Positions 63,799 through 64,000 of a stretch of 64,000 nt of DNA are shown here, one piece after another. A program made the translations under genes and the position numbers. The notes under the pieces are model-generated. The model saw only the letters and a program-made list of their open reading frames with translations, searched no databases and was not told where the DNA came from. Within the stretch, counting starts at the first letter, position 1. Each line of letters starts with the position of its first letter. The DNA comes from Vicinamibacterales bacterium (GTDB taxonomy: Bacteria; Acidobacteriota; Vicinamibacteria; Vicinamibacterales; CAVVIG01): assembly GCA_050249955.1 (NCBI GenBank), contig JBFWPN010000004.1, positions 224,850-288,849 of the forward strand, in the 5' to 3' direction.

Positions 63799-64000
63799 TC
63801 AGCGGTCGACCCGTCGATGCGCGGCCGCGCGGAACAGGGGGTCGGCAGACGCCAGCACCATGCGCGTCAGCGCTGCCGGGTAGTCTGCCGGCCGTCCCGC
63901 GACGAACCGGCGGACGGTTGCCGCGGCCTCGGGGAGGCGATGACCTCCCAGCGTCGCGTCGAGCCATCGTTTTGGCAGAAAGATGTCGGCGGTCTGCTTC
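63799..64000 (-). CDS. 3' end of a gene running off the window (possibly alpha/beta-hydrolase C-terminus)
   Basis: The open frame on the minus strand reads ...KQTADIFLPKRWLDATLGGHRLPEAAATVRRFVAG...VDR*. It is absent from the ORF track because no start lies in the window. The product guess is weak. Confidence 0.3.
   Translation of the reverse strand, partial: KQTADIFLPKRWLDATLGGHRLPEAAATVRRFVAGRPADYPAALTRMVLASADPLFRAAAHRRVDR

Overview
GC-rich chromosomal segment, with G or C at most third codon positions. About 58 protein-coding genes, one tRNA-Arg(TCT) and one apparently intact IS481-family insertion sequence. I saw no rRNA, no CRISPR array, and no restriction-modification, toxin-antitoxin or phage genes. 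The gene content points to an Acidobacteriota-like soil bacterium: carboxypeptidase-regulatory-domain TonB-dependent receptors, CBM9/DUF5916 outer-membrane proteins, many Tat or Sec exported redox proteins, and GT-C type membrane glycosyltransferases. That is inference, not a database result. Because of the GC content the ORF track is full of long Arg/Gly/Pro-rich antisense or over-extended ORFs. I trimmed or rejected these using family-level recognition, signal peptides, Shine-Dalgarno motifs and start-codon context. Main content, in order: (1) hyi plus a beta-hydroxyacid reductase and an FMN reductase. (2) A translationally coupled RsbR-RsbS-RsbT stressosome module, followed by a GHKL-PP2C fusion and two hybrid histidine kinases. 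(3) cls and pssA. (4) Two tandem paralogs of a cytochrome c domain fused to a PHM/DBH-like copper monooxygenase scaffold, each with its own terminator and an AT-rich TATC-N8-GATA palindrome upstream. (5) Glycan-related genes. (6) The IS and tRNA. (7) An M3 peptidase and a Tat-exported HisC-like aminotransferase. (8) Molybdoenzyme subunits. (9) A gltD/ferredoxin fusion-korA-korB operon. (10) Tandem HDOD genes. (11) Two tandem TonB-dependent receptor paralogs. (12) A roughly 250-nt non-coding stretch ending in a textbook terminator. (13) arfB. I did not find an unambiguous new multi-gene system. The best leads are the cytochrome c-copper monooxygenase-like pair with its shared palindrome, the stressosome-to-phosphorelay operon with three RsbT-type modules, the candidate structured RNA, and recurrent 7-nt periodic arrays just 3' of stop codons. 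All family names come from recognising motifs by eye and need HMM or BLAST confirmation.
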